Below, in pieces: positions 50,921 to 63,900 of a DNA stretch of 64,000 nt. Below the pieces are notes generated by a model. It searched no databases. It had not been told where the DNA came from and was given only the letters and a program-made list of their open reading frames with translations. Made by a program: the position numbers and the translations under genes. The DNA is from an uncultured Sphaerotilus sp. (GTDB lineage Bacteria; Pseudomonadota; Gammaproteobacteria; Burkholderiales; Burkholderiaceae_C), in the NCBI RefSeq assembly GCF_963924895.1, contig NZ_CAWURG010000037.1, positions 35,027-99,026 of the forward strand, in the 5' to 3' direction. Within the stretch, counting starts at the first letter, position 1, and each line of letters begins with the position of its first letter.

Positions 50921-51420
50921 GCGCGGGTGCGGCCGTGTCGGTGCGGCTGTGGCGCATCGCAGCCGACACGCCGGATTGGGAGGCCCACGACCTCAGCGGC
51001 AAGGGCGCCGAGGTCAGCGGCGGTCGCTGGAACCGCAAGGGCCGGCCGGTGGTCTACGGCGCCAGCACGATCGCGCTGGCCGCGCTGGAAACCACGGTCC
51101 ACCTGAACACCGATGATCTGCCGCTGAACCGGTTTGTCGTCTGCATCGAGGTGCCGGCGGACCTGTGGGCCGCGCGCGTCGTGTGCGATGCGGCAGGCTT
51201 GCCGGTCGGGTGGACGGCGCGGCCGGAAGGGAAGGTGTCGCTGGACATCGGTGATGCGTGGCTCGCCGGTGGAGCGTCGGCGCTGCTGGCCGTGCCGTCG
51301 GTGATCGTGCCGGAGGAATACAACCTGCTGATCAATCCGCGCCACCCCGACGCCGCCCGATTGCGCGCGGTCAAGGTGCGGCCCTGGTTCTTCGATGCAC
51401 GAGGGCGCAGCGGCCGGTGA
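50917..51420 (+). CDS. RES-domain toxin (NAD+-targeting ParT/MbcT family)
   Basis: 167 aa. GGRWNRKGRPVVYGASTIALAALETTVHL ... LLAVPSVIVPEEYNLLINP shows the R, E and S signature contexts of the RES domain. Confidence 0.85.
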   Translation: MSAGAAVSVRLWRIAADTPDWEAHDLSGKGAEVSGGRWNRKGRPVVYGASTIALAALETTVHLNTDDLPLNRFVVCIEVPADLWAARVVCDAAGLPVGWTARPEGKVSLDIGDAWLAGGASALLAVPSVIVPEEYNLLINPRHPDAARLRAVKVRPWFFDARGRSGR

Positions 51421-51441
51421 GCGCCTCCTACAATCGCGCTC

Positions 51442-52527
<1,086 letters not shown>

Positions 52528-52604
52528 AATCCCAGGTTGCCTGTTTTTGAGGCAATCTAGGAAATTTCCTTGTGTGACAGGCACTTGACAGTGCTCTGAC
52601 CAGC

Positions 52605-54767
<2,163 letters not shown>

Positions 54768-54953
54768 AACAATCAATATTCGATCCCCGTGTTCTGCTGT
54801 CACATTTGGTTGCCGCGGGGGTTTTCGTCCGGCACGATTTTGGTCAGGATTGCTGTAAAACCCGGCGTCGCGAATGAAGCGCCGGGGCTCTGATGGCTGT
54901 TTTCAGCCGCAGGAACAGACTCTTGGATCAACGGCGCATTGGGAGAAACGATC

Positions 54954-56108
54954 GTGGTGGTTCCACAGTGGGAAGTCAGGTTGCGTCATCCGACAGAACT
55001 GACGGACAAGGATCGACAGGCCTGGGCGGCGCTCGAGGCCAGGGCGGCCGAGCCGAATGCGTTCATGTCGCCGCACTTCGTGCTGCCAGCACTGGCGCAC
55101 CTGGACGCCGGGACCTCGGCCGTGCTGATGTGGATCGAGCGTGCCGCGGGGGGCTTGAAGCAGCTGGCCGCGGTGGGCGTGTTCCGGCGGTGTGTGGCGA
55201 GCCGGGTGTTCCCATGGCCGCATCTGTCGGCGTACCAATCCGAACACACCTATCTGGGTGGCTTGCTGGTCGATGGCGAATCGGTCCGTCCGGTGGTCGA
55301 ATCGATCCGCGAATTCCTGGCCCGGCCGGGCTGTTTCTGGAAGGGGCTGGAGCTGCCCAAGGTCGACACCAGCGGCCCGCTGGCCGAGGTGGTCCAGCAG
55401 CTCTCCCAGCAGAACCAGCTGCCGGCGCAGTTGCTGGGGCCGCAGGAGCGCTCGATGCTGACGGTGGCCCACTGCGGCGAGGACCTGCTGCGCGAATCCC
55501 TTGGCAAGAAGCTCAACGAGATCAACCGCTGCATGCGCCGGTTGGCCGAGCAGGGCGAGGTCCGCTGGCATTGCCTGCGCAAGGACATTCCCGAGGCGTC
55601 GATCGAGGACTTCCTGCGTCTGGAGCATCTGGGCTGGAAAGGCGAGTCCGGCACCTCGATGCGCGCGACCCCGTCGGGCGAGGCCTTCTTCCGTGACATG
55701 GTGGCGCGCTTCGACCGGGACGGCCGTGCGCTGTTCACGGAATTGCGGGTCGATGGCCGCGCGGTGGCCTCCACTTGCAACTTTGTGTCAGGGGCGATGG
55801 GCTTCGCTTTCAAGGTGGGCTGGGACCCGGAACTGCGCAAACTCGGCCCCGGCATGCTCAACGAGGTCGAGTTCATCCGGCAGATCCGCACCCATTGCCC
55901 GGAACTGGTGTCCTTCGACAGCGGCGCCTCGGCCGATTCGTTCATCAACCGGCTCTGGCCGGACCGGCGCTCGCTGGGACTGCTGCTGATGCCGTCCAGC
56001 CGCTTGGCCTCCTGTGCCCTGACGGTGACCCAGCGTCTGCGAGATTCCCGGCAGGCTCGGCAGGTGAACCCGGAAATTGACGCAATAATCCGGCAAGTCG
56101 AAGCCTGA
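54954..56108 (+). CDS. CelD/BcsL-type GNAT (Acetyltransf_6, FemAB-like) acyl/aminoacyl-transferase
   Basis: About 385 aa, the length and layout of the large FemAB-like GNATs (PNAFMSPHFVLPAL ... LRLEHLGWKGESGTSM ... LRVDGRAVASTCNFV ... FKVGWDPELRKLGPGMLNEV). I prefer GTG 54954, which has GGGAGA 7 nt upstream, over the track's TTG 54939. Confidence 0.65.
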   Translation: MVVPQWEVRLRHPTELTDKDRQAWAALEARAAEPNAFMSPHFVLPALAHLDAGTSAVLMWIERAAGGLKQLAAVGVFRRCVASRVFPWPHLSAYQSEHTYLGGLLVDGESVRPVVESIREFLARPGCFWKGLELPKVDTSGPLAEVVQQLSQQNQLPAQLLGPQERSMLTVAHCGEDLLRESLGKKLNEINRCMRRLAEQGEVRWHCLRKDIPEASIEDFLRLEHLGWKGESGTSMRATPSGEAFFRDMVARFDRDGRALFTELRVDGRAVASTCNFVSGAMGFAFKVGWDPELRKLGPGMLNEVEFIRQIRTHCPELVSFDSGASADSFINRLWPDRRSLGLLLMPSSRLASCALTVTQRLRDSRQARQVNPEIDAIIRQVEA

Positions 56109-56182
56109 TTCCACCGCTGGATCTGGTCCGGAACGCGGTCTCTGGTGGAGACCGACCCGGTCCTCCTGTCCCGCCTATCTGC

Positions 56183-57415
56183 ATGCACAACAAAATATCT
56201 CCGGCGGCAGCTTGTCTGCCCGCCGTCGTTCTCTCGTGCGCCGGCGCCCCGGAAGGGGATCTGAACGTCGTGCGCTCGCTGGGCGAACTGGGCGTGCCGG
56301 TGATCGTCATCGGTGAATACGCCGATCCGCCTGCCCGCTATTCGCGTTACTGCATCGAGTTCGTGCAGGTGCCTGATTTCTGTGGAGATCCGGAGGCCTT
56401 GCTGGACGCACTCGCGGATCTGTCGCGGCGCCATGGCGGGCCGCTGCCGGTGTTCCCGTCGGCCGATCCGGATCTGGAGGTGCTGTGCCGGCTCGGTGAG
56501 CGCGCCCGTCCGTACGTGCGCTCGACGATGGCCGATCCAGCGCTGGTGCTGACGCTGATGGACAAGCGCGCCTTCAGTGCACTGGCCGTCCGCGCCGGGT
56601 TGCCGGTGCCCCGCACCTTCACACCGCACACGCTCGACGAGGTCGAGCAGACGGCGGACGTGCTGACCTACCCGGCCATCGTCAAGCCCTCGCTGCCGAC
56701 GTCCTGGAAGCACCCGGAGTTGCCCCGCGCGATCCGCCAGGCCAAGGCCATCGTGGTGGAGTCCCGCGACGAGCTGCTGGACATCTGCCGCACGGTGGCG
56801 CCCTGGGGGCTGTCGCTGATCCTGCAGGAATACGTGCCGGGCGACGATGCCGAGCACTTCGACGTGCACGCCTTCGTCGACCAGCAGGGCGTGGCCCGCG
56901 CCACGTTCTGCGGCCGCAAGTGGCGCATCCATCCACCGCATGTGGGCAGCGGCTGCTATGTCGAGAGCCAGCACGAGCCGGCGCTGGAGGCGATGGTCGC
57001 GGACCTCCTGGGGCGGATCGGCTACCGCGGCATCGCCAACCTCAACTTCAAGCGCCACGGCCGCACGGGCGAGTTCAAGCTGCTCGAGATCAACGCCCGC
57101 GTGAGCCAGTGGACCATCCTCACCACCCGCTCCGGGGTCAACCTGCCGTGGATGGCCTACCGCGATGCCTGCGGTCTGCCGCAGGAGGCGCCGCCGCCGC
57201 GCCAGTCCGGGCTGTGGTACGTCAGTGGCAAGAGCGATTTCCGGGCGGTCCGCGGCTATGTGCGCGAGGGACTGTGGACCTGGGGCGGCTACCTGCGCTC
57301 GCTGCTGAAGCGCCCGATGGTCTTTCAGGTGCTGAGCCTGCGGGATCCCGGCCCCGCCCGACAACTCACCCTGCACTGGATTGCGGAGAAAATGCGGCTG
57401 CGGTCACCCTCCTGA
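56183..57415 (+). CDS. ATP-grasp domain protein (predicted carboxylate-amine ligase, COG3919-like), paralog 1
   Basis: 410 aa. A pre-ATP-grasp Rossmann-like N-terminus (LNVVRSLGELGVPVIVIG), then the ATP-grasp core (YPAIVKPS ... ILQEYVPG ... FKLLEINARVS). Aligns end to end with 58863-60122. Confidence 0.75.
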   Translation: MHNKISPAAACLPAVVLSCAGAPEGDLNVVRSLGELGVPVIVIGEYADPPARYSRYCIEFVQVPDFCGDPEALLDALADLSRRHGGPLPVFPSADPDLEVLCRLGERARPYVRSTMADPALVLTLMDKRAFSALAVRAGLPVPRTFTPHTLDEVEQTADVLTYPAIVKPSLPTSWKHPELPRAIRQAKAIVVESRDELLDICRTVAPWGLSLILQEYVPGDDAEHFDVHAFVDQQGVARATFCGRKWRIHPPHVGSGCYVESQHEPALEAMVADLLGRIGYRGIANLNFKRHGRTGEFKLLEINARVSQWTILTTRSGVNLPWMAYRDACGLPQEAPPPRQSGLWYVSGKSDFRAVRGYVREGLWTWGGYLRSLLKRPMVFQVLSLRDPGPARQLTLHWIAEKMRLRSPS

Positions 57416-57431
57416 CCGCTCAGGAGTCGAG

Positions 57432-58700
57432 ATGTCCGCTGTTCTGTCGAACACCCCCGCCCCGGTGCTGCAACTGGCCGTGATCGGTGCTGGCCCGGTC
57501 GGGCTGGCGCTGGCGCTGTCGGCCGCACGCCGCCTGCCGTCCGCGCAGGTCTGTGTCTACGACCGCCTGCCCGTCGAGCACGATGTCAGCGGCGATCCGC
57601 GCACGCTGGCGCTGTCGCAGGGCAGCGTGCTGGAGCTGCAGCGGCTGGGCATCTGGGCGGACATGGCCGAGCGCGCTGAACCCATCCTGGCGGTGCACGT
57701 GTCGCAGCAGCAGCCGGGGTTGCTGGACCTGCTGGGCAAGGTGCCCGCGCCGGAGCTGCTGATCCGCGCGGAGGACGCGCGGGTGCCACAACTGGGCGCC
57801 GTGATCCCCTATGGCGCACTGGCCGCGCCGATGCGGGCCGCGTGGCTGGCGGCCTGCGCACGCGAGCCGGGGCGGCTGTCCGTGCGCTGGGGCAGCGCGG
57901 TGAGTGGCGTGCGCACGGTGCCTGGCGGGGTGGAGATCGATGTCGGGGCAGCGTCCGGGGCCGGAGGGGCGCTGGTCGAATCGCACCATCTGGCGGTGAT
58001 CGCCGAAGGGGGTGTGTTCGCCGAGCAGGCCCGCAAGGCCATCGCCCGCGACTATGGCCAGACCGCCTGGGTCGGCACGGTCGGGCTGGAGGGCGGCGAA
58101 GTCGGCGTGGCCCACGAACGCTTCACGCCCGAGGGGCCGGTCGCGCTGCTGCCGCTGCCCGGCACGACGCTGGCCGAAGACGGGCGCACCGTGCGGCGCC
58201 GTGCGGCGCTGGTCTGGTGCGTCGACCGGGCGGACGACGCGGTGGCCGAACTGACCGAAGCGCAGCGGCTGGCCGTGCTGACCCACCTGCTGCCGGCGCG
58301 GGTGGGGCGGCTGGTGTCGATCAGTCCGCTCAAGGGCTTCGCGCTGGGCCTCAACGCCGAGCGCACGCTGGTGCAGGGCCGCACCGTGCGCATCGGCAAT
58401 GCGGCGCAGACGCTGCATCCGGTCGCCGGCCAGGGCCTGAACCTGGGCCTGCGCGACGCGCATGAACTCGTTTCCCGGCTGGCCCGTGACGGCGATGTCG
58501 ACCACGCGCTGCGCCGGGTCGAATGGCAGCGGGCGCCGGACCGCTGGGCGATGATCGCCGCCACCGATTTCCTCGCCCGCAGCTTCACCTGGCCGTGGCC
58601 GGGACTGAGCACGCTGCGCGGCGCCGGGCTGGCAGTGCTGGGGCAGGTGGGGCCGCTGAAGTCGCTGCTGGCGCGCCGGATGATGTTTGGTGGGCGCTGA
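57432..58700 (+). CDS. UbiH/UbiF/VisC/COQ6-family FAD-dependent monooxygenase
   Basis: Start at ATG 57432 after CAGGAG. FAD fingerprint VIGAGPVGLALAL, and RIGNAAQTLHPVAGQGLNLGLRDAHEL. Confidence 0.85.
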   Translation: MSAVLSNTPAPVLQLAVIGAGPVGLALALSAARRLPSAQVCVYDRLPVEHDVSGDPRTLALSQGSVLELQRLGIWADMAERAEPILAVHVSQQQPGLLDLLGKVPAPELLIRAEDARVPQLGAVIPYGALAAPMRAAWLAACAREPGRLSVRWGSAVSGVRTVPGGVEIDVGAASGAGGALVESHHLAVIAEGGVFAEQARKAIARDYGQTAWVGTVGLEGGEVGVAHERFTPEGPVALLPLPGTTLAEDGRTVRRRAALVWCVDRADDAVAELTEAQRLAVLTHLLPARVGRLVSISPLKGFALGLNAERTLVQGRTVRIGNAAQTLHPVAGQGLNLGLRDAHELVSRLARDGDVDHALRRVEWQRAPDRWAMIAATDFLARSFTWPWPGLSTLRGAGLAVLGQVGPLKSLLARRMMFGGR

Positions 58701-58862
58701 GCGGGCCGTGCGACAGATGACCGTGCAGATTGGGCGCGCCGGTGCGCAGCCCCCCTGTTGACGGGGAGTGCGTCGCCGCCGCCAGGCAGCCCGATCCGGT
58801 AAAAACGTGGCCGTGTTCCCTGTATCTCCGGCCAACGCCTTCAGAGCGGATCTTTCCCCACC

Positions 58863-60122
58863 ATGACTCTTGCCAACCAAACCCCGTCCCGACGTCCTGC
58901 GGTCGTGCTCGCCTGCCTGGGCGCACAAGGGGCTGACCTGAACATGGTGCGCTCGCTGGGCGAGCAGGGGGTGCCGGTGATCGTCATCGGCGAATACGAG
59001 TTTCCGCCGTCCGGCTACTCGCGCCACTGCATCGAGTACATCTGCGCCCACCACTTCACACGCCGTCCGGAACAGCTGCTGCGCGTGCTGCGCGAGCTGC
59101 GCGTGCGGCACGGCCAGGCCCTGCCGGTGTTCCCGACCGCCGACACCGACCTGCGTGCGCTGGCCTCGCTGCATGCCGATCTGGTCGGCACGGCGCTGTG
59201 GGTCTCGGCCTCGCCCGACACGGTGAACCGCATGATGGACAAGCGCCGCTTCGCCGCACTGGCCCAGGCGCTGCGCCTGCCGGTGCCGGTGACGCACGCG
59301 CCGCGCACCCTCGAAGAAGTCGAAGCGCTCAGCCGGGTGATCGACTATCCGGTCGTGCTCAAGCCGGCGCAACCGACGGCCTGGATGCGCCCGGGCATGG
59401 ACCCCGAGATCGCGCGGGCCAAGGCCCTGGTGATCGACGAACCGACGGAGCTGATGCGGGTGTGCTGCCGCATCGCACCGCACGGGCTGGACGTGCTGCT
59501 CCAGGACTACGTGGCCGGCAGCGACGACCTGCACTACAGCGTGCACGCGTGGATTGGCCGTGGCGGCCAGGTCGAGCGTGTGGCGACGACCCGCAAGTGG
59601 CGCACCTTCCCGGTCCAGGTCGGCACGGGTTGTCTGGTCGAGACCGTCTCGGTGCCGGACCTGGAGGCCGAGGCCAGCGACATCCTCGCGCTGCTGAAAC
59701 TGCGCGGCATGGTGGTGATGAACTTCAAGCGCGACGCGCGCACCGGGCAGTTCATGCTGCTGGAGGTCAATCCCCGGCTGACCTGCAACAGCCTGCTGCT
59801 GACCCGGGCCGGCTTCAACCTGCCGTGGCTGGTCTACAGCGAGGTGTGCGGCCAGCCGGTCGCGGCACCGGCCGAGTGGCGCGTCGGGACCTGGTACCTG
59901 AGCGCCAAGGCCGATTTCCGGGCCTTCCGGGTACTGGCCCGCGAAGGCCGCATGGGCTGGATGGAGTACCTGCGCTCGGTGCTGCGCCCGGGCATGGTCT
60001 ACCGCGCGCTCGACCTGAGCGACATGGGGCCGCCGGTGCAGATGACCGTCGACTGGCTGGCGCTCAAGTGCCGGGGTAGCGGCCGCTGGGTGCGCAGCCG
60101 GCTCGGTCTGAACGCCGCCTGA
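58863..60122 (+). CDS. ATP-grasp domain protein (predicted carboxylate-amine ligase), paralog 2
   Basis: 419 aa. LNMVRSLGEQGVPVIVIG, YPVVLKPA, LLQDYVAG, FMLLEVNPRLT, GFNLPWLVYSEVCG. Clear paralog of 56183-57415. Confidence 0.75.
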   Translation: MTLANQTPSRRPAVVLACLGAQGADLNMVRSLGEQGVPVIVIGEYEFPPSGYSRHCIEYICAHHFTRRPEQLLRVLRELRVRHGQALPVFPTADTDLRALASLHADLVGTALWVSASPDTVNRMMDKRRFAALAQALRLPVPVTHAPRTLEEVEALSRVIDYPVVLKPAQPTAWMRPGMDPEIARAKALVIDEPTELMRVCCRIAPHGLDVLLQDYVAGSDDLHYSVHAWIGRGGQVERVATTRKWRTFPVQVGTGCLVETVSVPDLEAEASDILALLKLRGMVVMNFKRDARTGQFMLLEVNPRLTCNSLLLTRAGFNLPWLVYSEVCGQPVAAPAEWRVGTWYLSAKADFRAFRVLAREGRMGWMEYLRSVLRPGMVYRALDLSDMGPPVQMTVDWLALKCRGSGRWVRSRLGLNAA

Positions 60123-60143
60123 GCGCGGCCTGCGCGGGCCGGT

Positions 60144-60962
60144 TCAGAGCCGGCGGTGCTGCAGCGCCGGCAACTGGGTCCGGACGCGGGCCAGCTGCAC
60201 CGGGTCCAGATCGGCGAGCACGACCCCGTCGCCTTCGTCCTGCACTGCCAGCACCGTTCCCCAGGGATCGACCACCATCGAGTGTCCCCAGGTGCGCCGG
60301 CCGTTCTCGTGCCGGCCGCCCTGGGCGCTGGCGATGACGTAACACTGGTTTTCCACCGCCCGGGCGCGCAGCAGCAGTTCCCAGTGCGCCTGTCCGGTCG
60401 GCCAGGTGAAGGCGGCCGGCACCACCAGCACGCTGCAGGGCGGCTGCATCAGGCGCCGGTACAGCTCCGGGAAGCGCAGGTCGTAGCACACCGACAGTCC
60501 CACCCGGTGCACGGCCCCGTCCCGGGCGGTGGCGTCGAAGGCCACCGGCTGTTCGCCGGGGCGCAGCGTGGCGGCCTCGTCGTAGCGGCGCTCGCCGTCG
60601 TCGTAGCGGAACAGGTGGATCTTGTCGTAACGGGCCGCGAGCGCGCCGTCCGGCCCGTAGACGAGCGAGGTGTTCGAGGCGTGGTCGGGGTCGCCGTCCA
60701 GCGCCATCGGCAGCGTGCCGCCGACCAGCCACAGCCGGTGCTGGCGGGCCAGGCCGGACAGCAGTGCCTGGATCGGGCCGTGGCCGGGCGGCTCTGCGAC
60801 CGCGAGCTTGTCGCGGTCCTGCAGCCCCATCAGGCAGAAGTATTCGGGCAGCACGACCAGCTCTGCCCCCTGCTCGGCCGCCTGGGCGACCAGTTCCGCG
60901 GCGCGGGCGAGGTTGTCCTCGACCCGGGGCGTCGACACCATCTGGAGAGCGGCCATCTTCAT
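60144..60962 (-). CDS. Carbon-nitrogen hydrolase family protein (Nit-like amidase/nitrilase)
   Basis: Start MKMAALQ (ATG 60962). Catalytic Glu-Lys-Cys contexts VVLPEYF, YDKIHLF, LSVCYDLRFPE. The start overlaps the yhdP stop (ATGA). Confidence 0.88.
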   Translation of the reverse strand: MKMAALQMVSTPRVEDNLARAAELVAQAAEQGAELVVLPEYFCLMGLQDRDKLAVAEPPGHGPIQALLSGLARQHRLWLVGGTLPMALDGDPDHASNTSLVYGPDGALAARYDKIHLFRYDDGERRYDEAATLRPGEQPVAFDATARDGAVHRVGLSVCYDLRFPELYRRLMQPPCSVLVVPAAFTWPTGQAHWELLLRARAVENQCYVIASAQGGRHENGRRTWGHSMVVDPWGTVLAVQDEGDGVVLADLDPVQLARVRTQLPALQHRRL

Positions 60963-63900
60963 GGGGAACGGTCCTTTCTGGGCAAGGGGAGGGGGGAGCC
61001 TGTGCGGTTTTCGGAGGCGGCGACAGCCGCTTCGGCGGCTACCGCCGCGTCGCTGCCGGGCAGCGGGTGGGCATCGCGGGTGCGGTCGACCGGCGTGAGC
61101 TGCGGTGCGCTCCAGGGACCGGTGACACGGTATTCGCGCGTGGCGGCCTCGGTCAGCGGGCGCAGCAGCAGCCACTGCGTCACCAGCGTGCCCAGGCCCA
61201 CGGCGGGGTTGATCACGGCGTAGGCCAGGGAGGCGGCGCCCGCGTTCAGGTCCGGCACGATCCAGACCCGCAGATCCTGGGTGGCAGTCGTCAGGCTGGC
61301 GCTGCCTTCGGCCAGCACCATGGCCTGCACGCCGCGCACGCGCAGGTTGCGTGTGCTGGCAACCCCGTGGCGGATCTGCACGTCGCCGTCGATGTGGTCG
61401 AAGCTGAAGCCTTTCTGGTACAGGTCGCGGAAATCGAGCGACAGGCGCCGCGGCAGCGACTGCAGGTTCAGCACGCCCAGCAGCCGCCCGGCGCCGGGTT
61501 CGGCCTGCAGGAGCTGGCCGCTGTCGAAGTCCAGGCGCAGCGTGCCGCCGAGCTGGTCCAGCGCCAGCGCAGTCGGTGGGCCGGGCCAGCGCAACTGGCC
61601 GCCGAGGTGGCCGCGGCCGCCCTCCAGCGCGCCCGGCCAGCCCAGCTGGTCGAGCCAGCGGCCGCCATCGTCCACGTCCAGCCGGAAGGTCAGGCGGCTG
61701 GTGCCCGTCCCGGCCGGTGCGTCCCGGTCCGCCGGATCCCACTGCCCCACGGCGCTCAGGCGGGCCTCGGGCCGCACCAGGGACAGCCGGTTCAGGCGCC
61801 ATTCGCCGTTGACGGCGGCGGGCAGGCGGGAGGCCGGGTTCGGTTCGCCCTGCAATTCGAGCCGGCCGAGGTGCCGGCCGCTGAACACCAGATCGTCCAC
61901 CACCACATCCAGCGCCGGCAGCGGCTCCGAACCGGATGCGGGCTGGGCGACGGACTCGGCGAGCGGCACCGCCGGCCAAGGCAGGGCGAGACGGCCGAGC
62001 CGCGCCTGCACGGTGGCGGGCGCCTGCGGTGCCGCTGTGCGCAGCGTGATCCGGCCCGCCAGCTGGTCGGCCTCGATCGTGCCGGACCAGGTGCGGGCGG
62101 GCGGGCCGGCCGGCTGCAGCGTGGCGTGGACGCCGGTCAGGCGGCGGCCGTGGGCGGTGAGGTCGGCGACCTGCAGCCGGACCTGGTGCAGCAGGCCGTC
62201 CGGCGCCTCGTCCGGCTGGCCGGGGCGGCCCACCGCGGGCAGGTGGCCGGCCTGCCTCGCCCGCTGCAGCCAGGCCTGCCAGTCGTCCAGCGACAGCCGC
62301 GGCAGCGCGATGCCGACGTCGATGCCCTGGTCCGGCCAGCGGCCCCGTTCGGCGCTGCCGAGCTGCAGCTGCCCGCGCAGCCCACCGCCTGCGGCGTCGC
62401 CTTCGAGCAGCAGCCGGCTGGACAGGAGTGGTGCGGCGGCCGTGCGGGCGTCGATTTCCAGCAGGGTTGCGGCGCCCTGGGCGGGCGTCTGTGGCTGGAG
62501 GTGGACGCTCAGCACGACCGGCTGCGTGGCGGTCTTGTTCAGCGGCGCCGGCAGGCGGCTGGCCAGTCCGACCAGATCGCTGTCCACCTGGATGGTCGGA
62601 CCGCCCGGTGTCAGGGCGAGTTGCAGGCGGTAGTCCGTCTGGCCGTCGAACTGGTGTGCGATCCGGGCGAGCGGGTCGATGGTGTCGAGGCTGCGCAGGC
62701 CCTGCGCCGTGGCGCGGCCCTGGCCGGCGAAGCGCAGCACGCCAGCGTCGTCGAGGTGGCCGTCGAAGGCGAGCCGGCCCCCTGCGACCTGCGCGCTGCC
62801 CTGCGTCAGGTGGAACTGGCGTTCGGTGAAGTCCAGGCGCGCCTGCACCGCGTCGAGCGTGGGCACGTCCGGCCGCATCTGCAGCTGCGTGTCGGCCAGA
62901 TCGACCCGGCCCTGCACCGTCGTGTCCCGGGCGTGCTGCAGCGGCACGGCGATCTGCAGCGCGAGCCGGGTCTGGCCGTTGCCGCGGGCAGCGACAAACG
63001 CGTGGTCCAGCCAGCCATCGAGCGGGCTCTCGCGCAGGAACTGCAGCGTGTCGGCGGTGCTGCCGTGGCCCTGGCCGGTCAGGCGCAGCACCGGGTCGTG
63101 GGCGAGGTGGTCGATGCCGCCCTCGATTTCCTCCAGCGCGTACTGGCCGCTGCCGGTCTGGCCGAGCCGGGCGCTGGTCTGCAGCAGCCGCAACTGCTGG
63201 CCACGGACGGTGAGCTGGCCGGCGCCATCGGTGTAGCGCGGCCAGCGGCTGCCGGGCACGGAGTCGAAGGTGACCTGCTCGAAGTGGCCGGCGATGGCGA
63301 ACTCCCCCTGTCCGGGCTGGGTGTAGGGGAAGTCGAGCAGGGGGCCGCGCACCCGGGCATGCACCTCGCGCGCCGTTCCGGCCACGAGCGCCGCACGCAG
63401 GTAGTCGCGCACCGGCGCGGCAATGCCCAGCGGCAGATAGCGGTGGACGCGGTCGGCGCGGAGCTGGTGGATGGTGGCGTCGAGGTTGATGTGCCCGGGC
63501 AGCCAGCCCGCAGCGCCAAAGACCGGGCCGGTGGTCGGGCCGGAGTGCCAGCGCCCGGAGAACTCGCCAGCCCCGTCCGCGGTGTCGAAGACCGCGTGCC
63601 GGACCTGGACCTCGATCGCCGGGCGGGTGCCGGGCGGGGCGGCGGCGGGGCGCTTCAGCGTCCAGCGCACGTCGGCCTGCAGGCGGTCGAGGGCCACGCG
63701 GGGCTGCTCGAACACGCCCGGAAACTCCAGCTCCCCCTGGGCGAGGCGCAGATCGGCCTGGCCGCCGAGGTCCGTGGCGTCGAAGCGCACGTGGCCGCCG
63801 CGCAGGCCCGGTCGCCCGGGGGTGGCGGTCGCGGTGAGGGCGGCGGTGGCCGGCGCGGCGGCGAGCTGCAGCGCATCGGCCTCGCCGCGCGCCCGCCAGT

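Noticed and set aside
54768-58862. Microviridin/graspetide-type RiPP cluster call for the GNAT plus 2x ATP-grasp genes
   Set aside because: I searched the three spacers for a precursor. The only candidates are a 14-aa ORF (58717-58761, MTVQIGRAGAQPPC) and a roughly 42-aa ORF starting at 54874 that overlaps the GNAT start. Neither has a Thr/Ser/Lys/Asp/Glu-rich core. The ligases are about 410 aa rather than the roughly 325 aa of MdnB/C-type enzymes. I kept this as an analogy in the finding, not as an annotation.
55250-59546. Two minus-strand ORFs of identical length (708 aa each: 55250-57376 and 57420-59546) opposite the GNAT/ATP-grasp/UbiH genes
   Set aside because: The equal length is coincidental, because they cover non-equivalent parts of the plus-strand genes. 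The sequences are low-complexity, while the plus-strand genes have clear Rossmann, ATP-grasp and FAD motifs.
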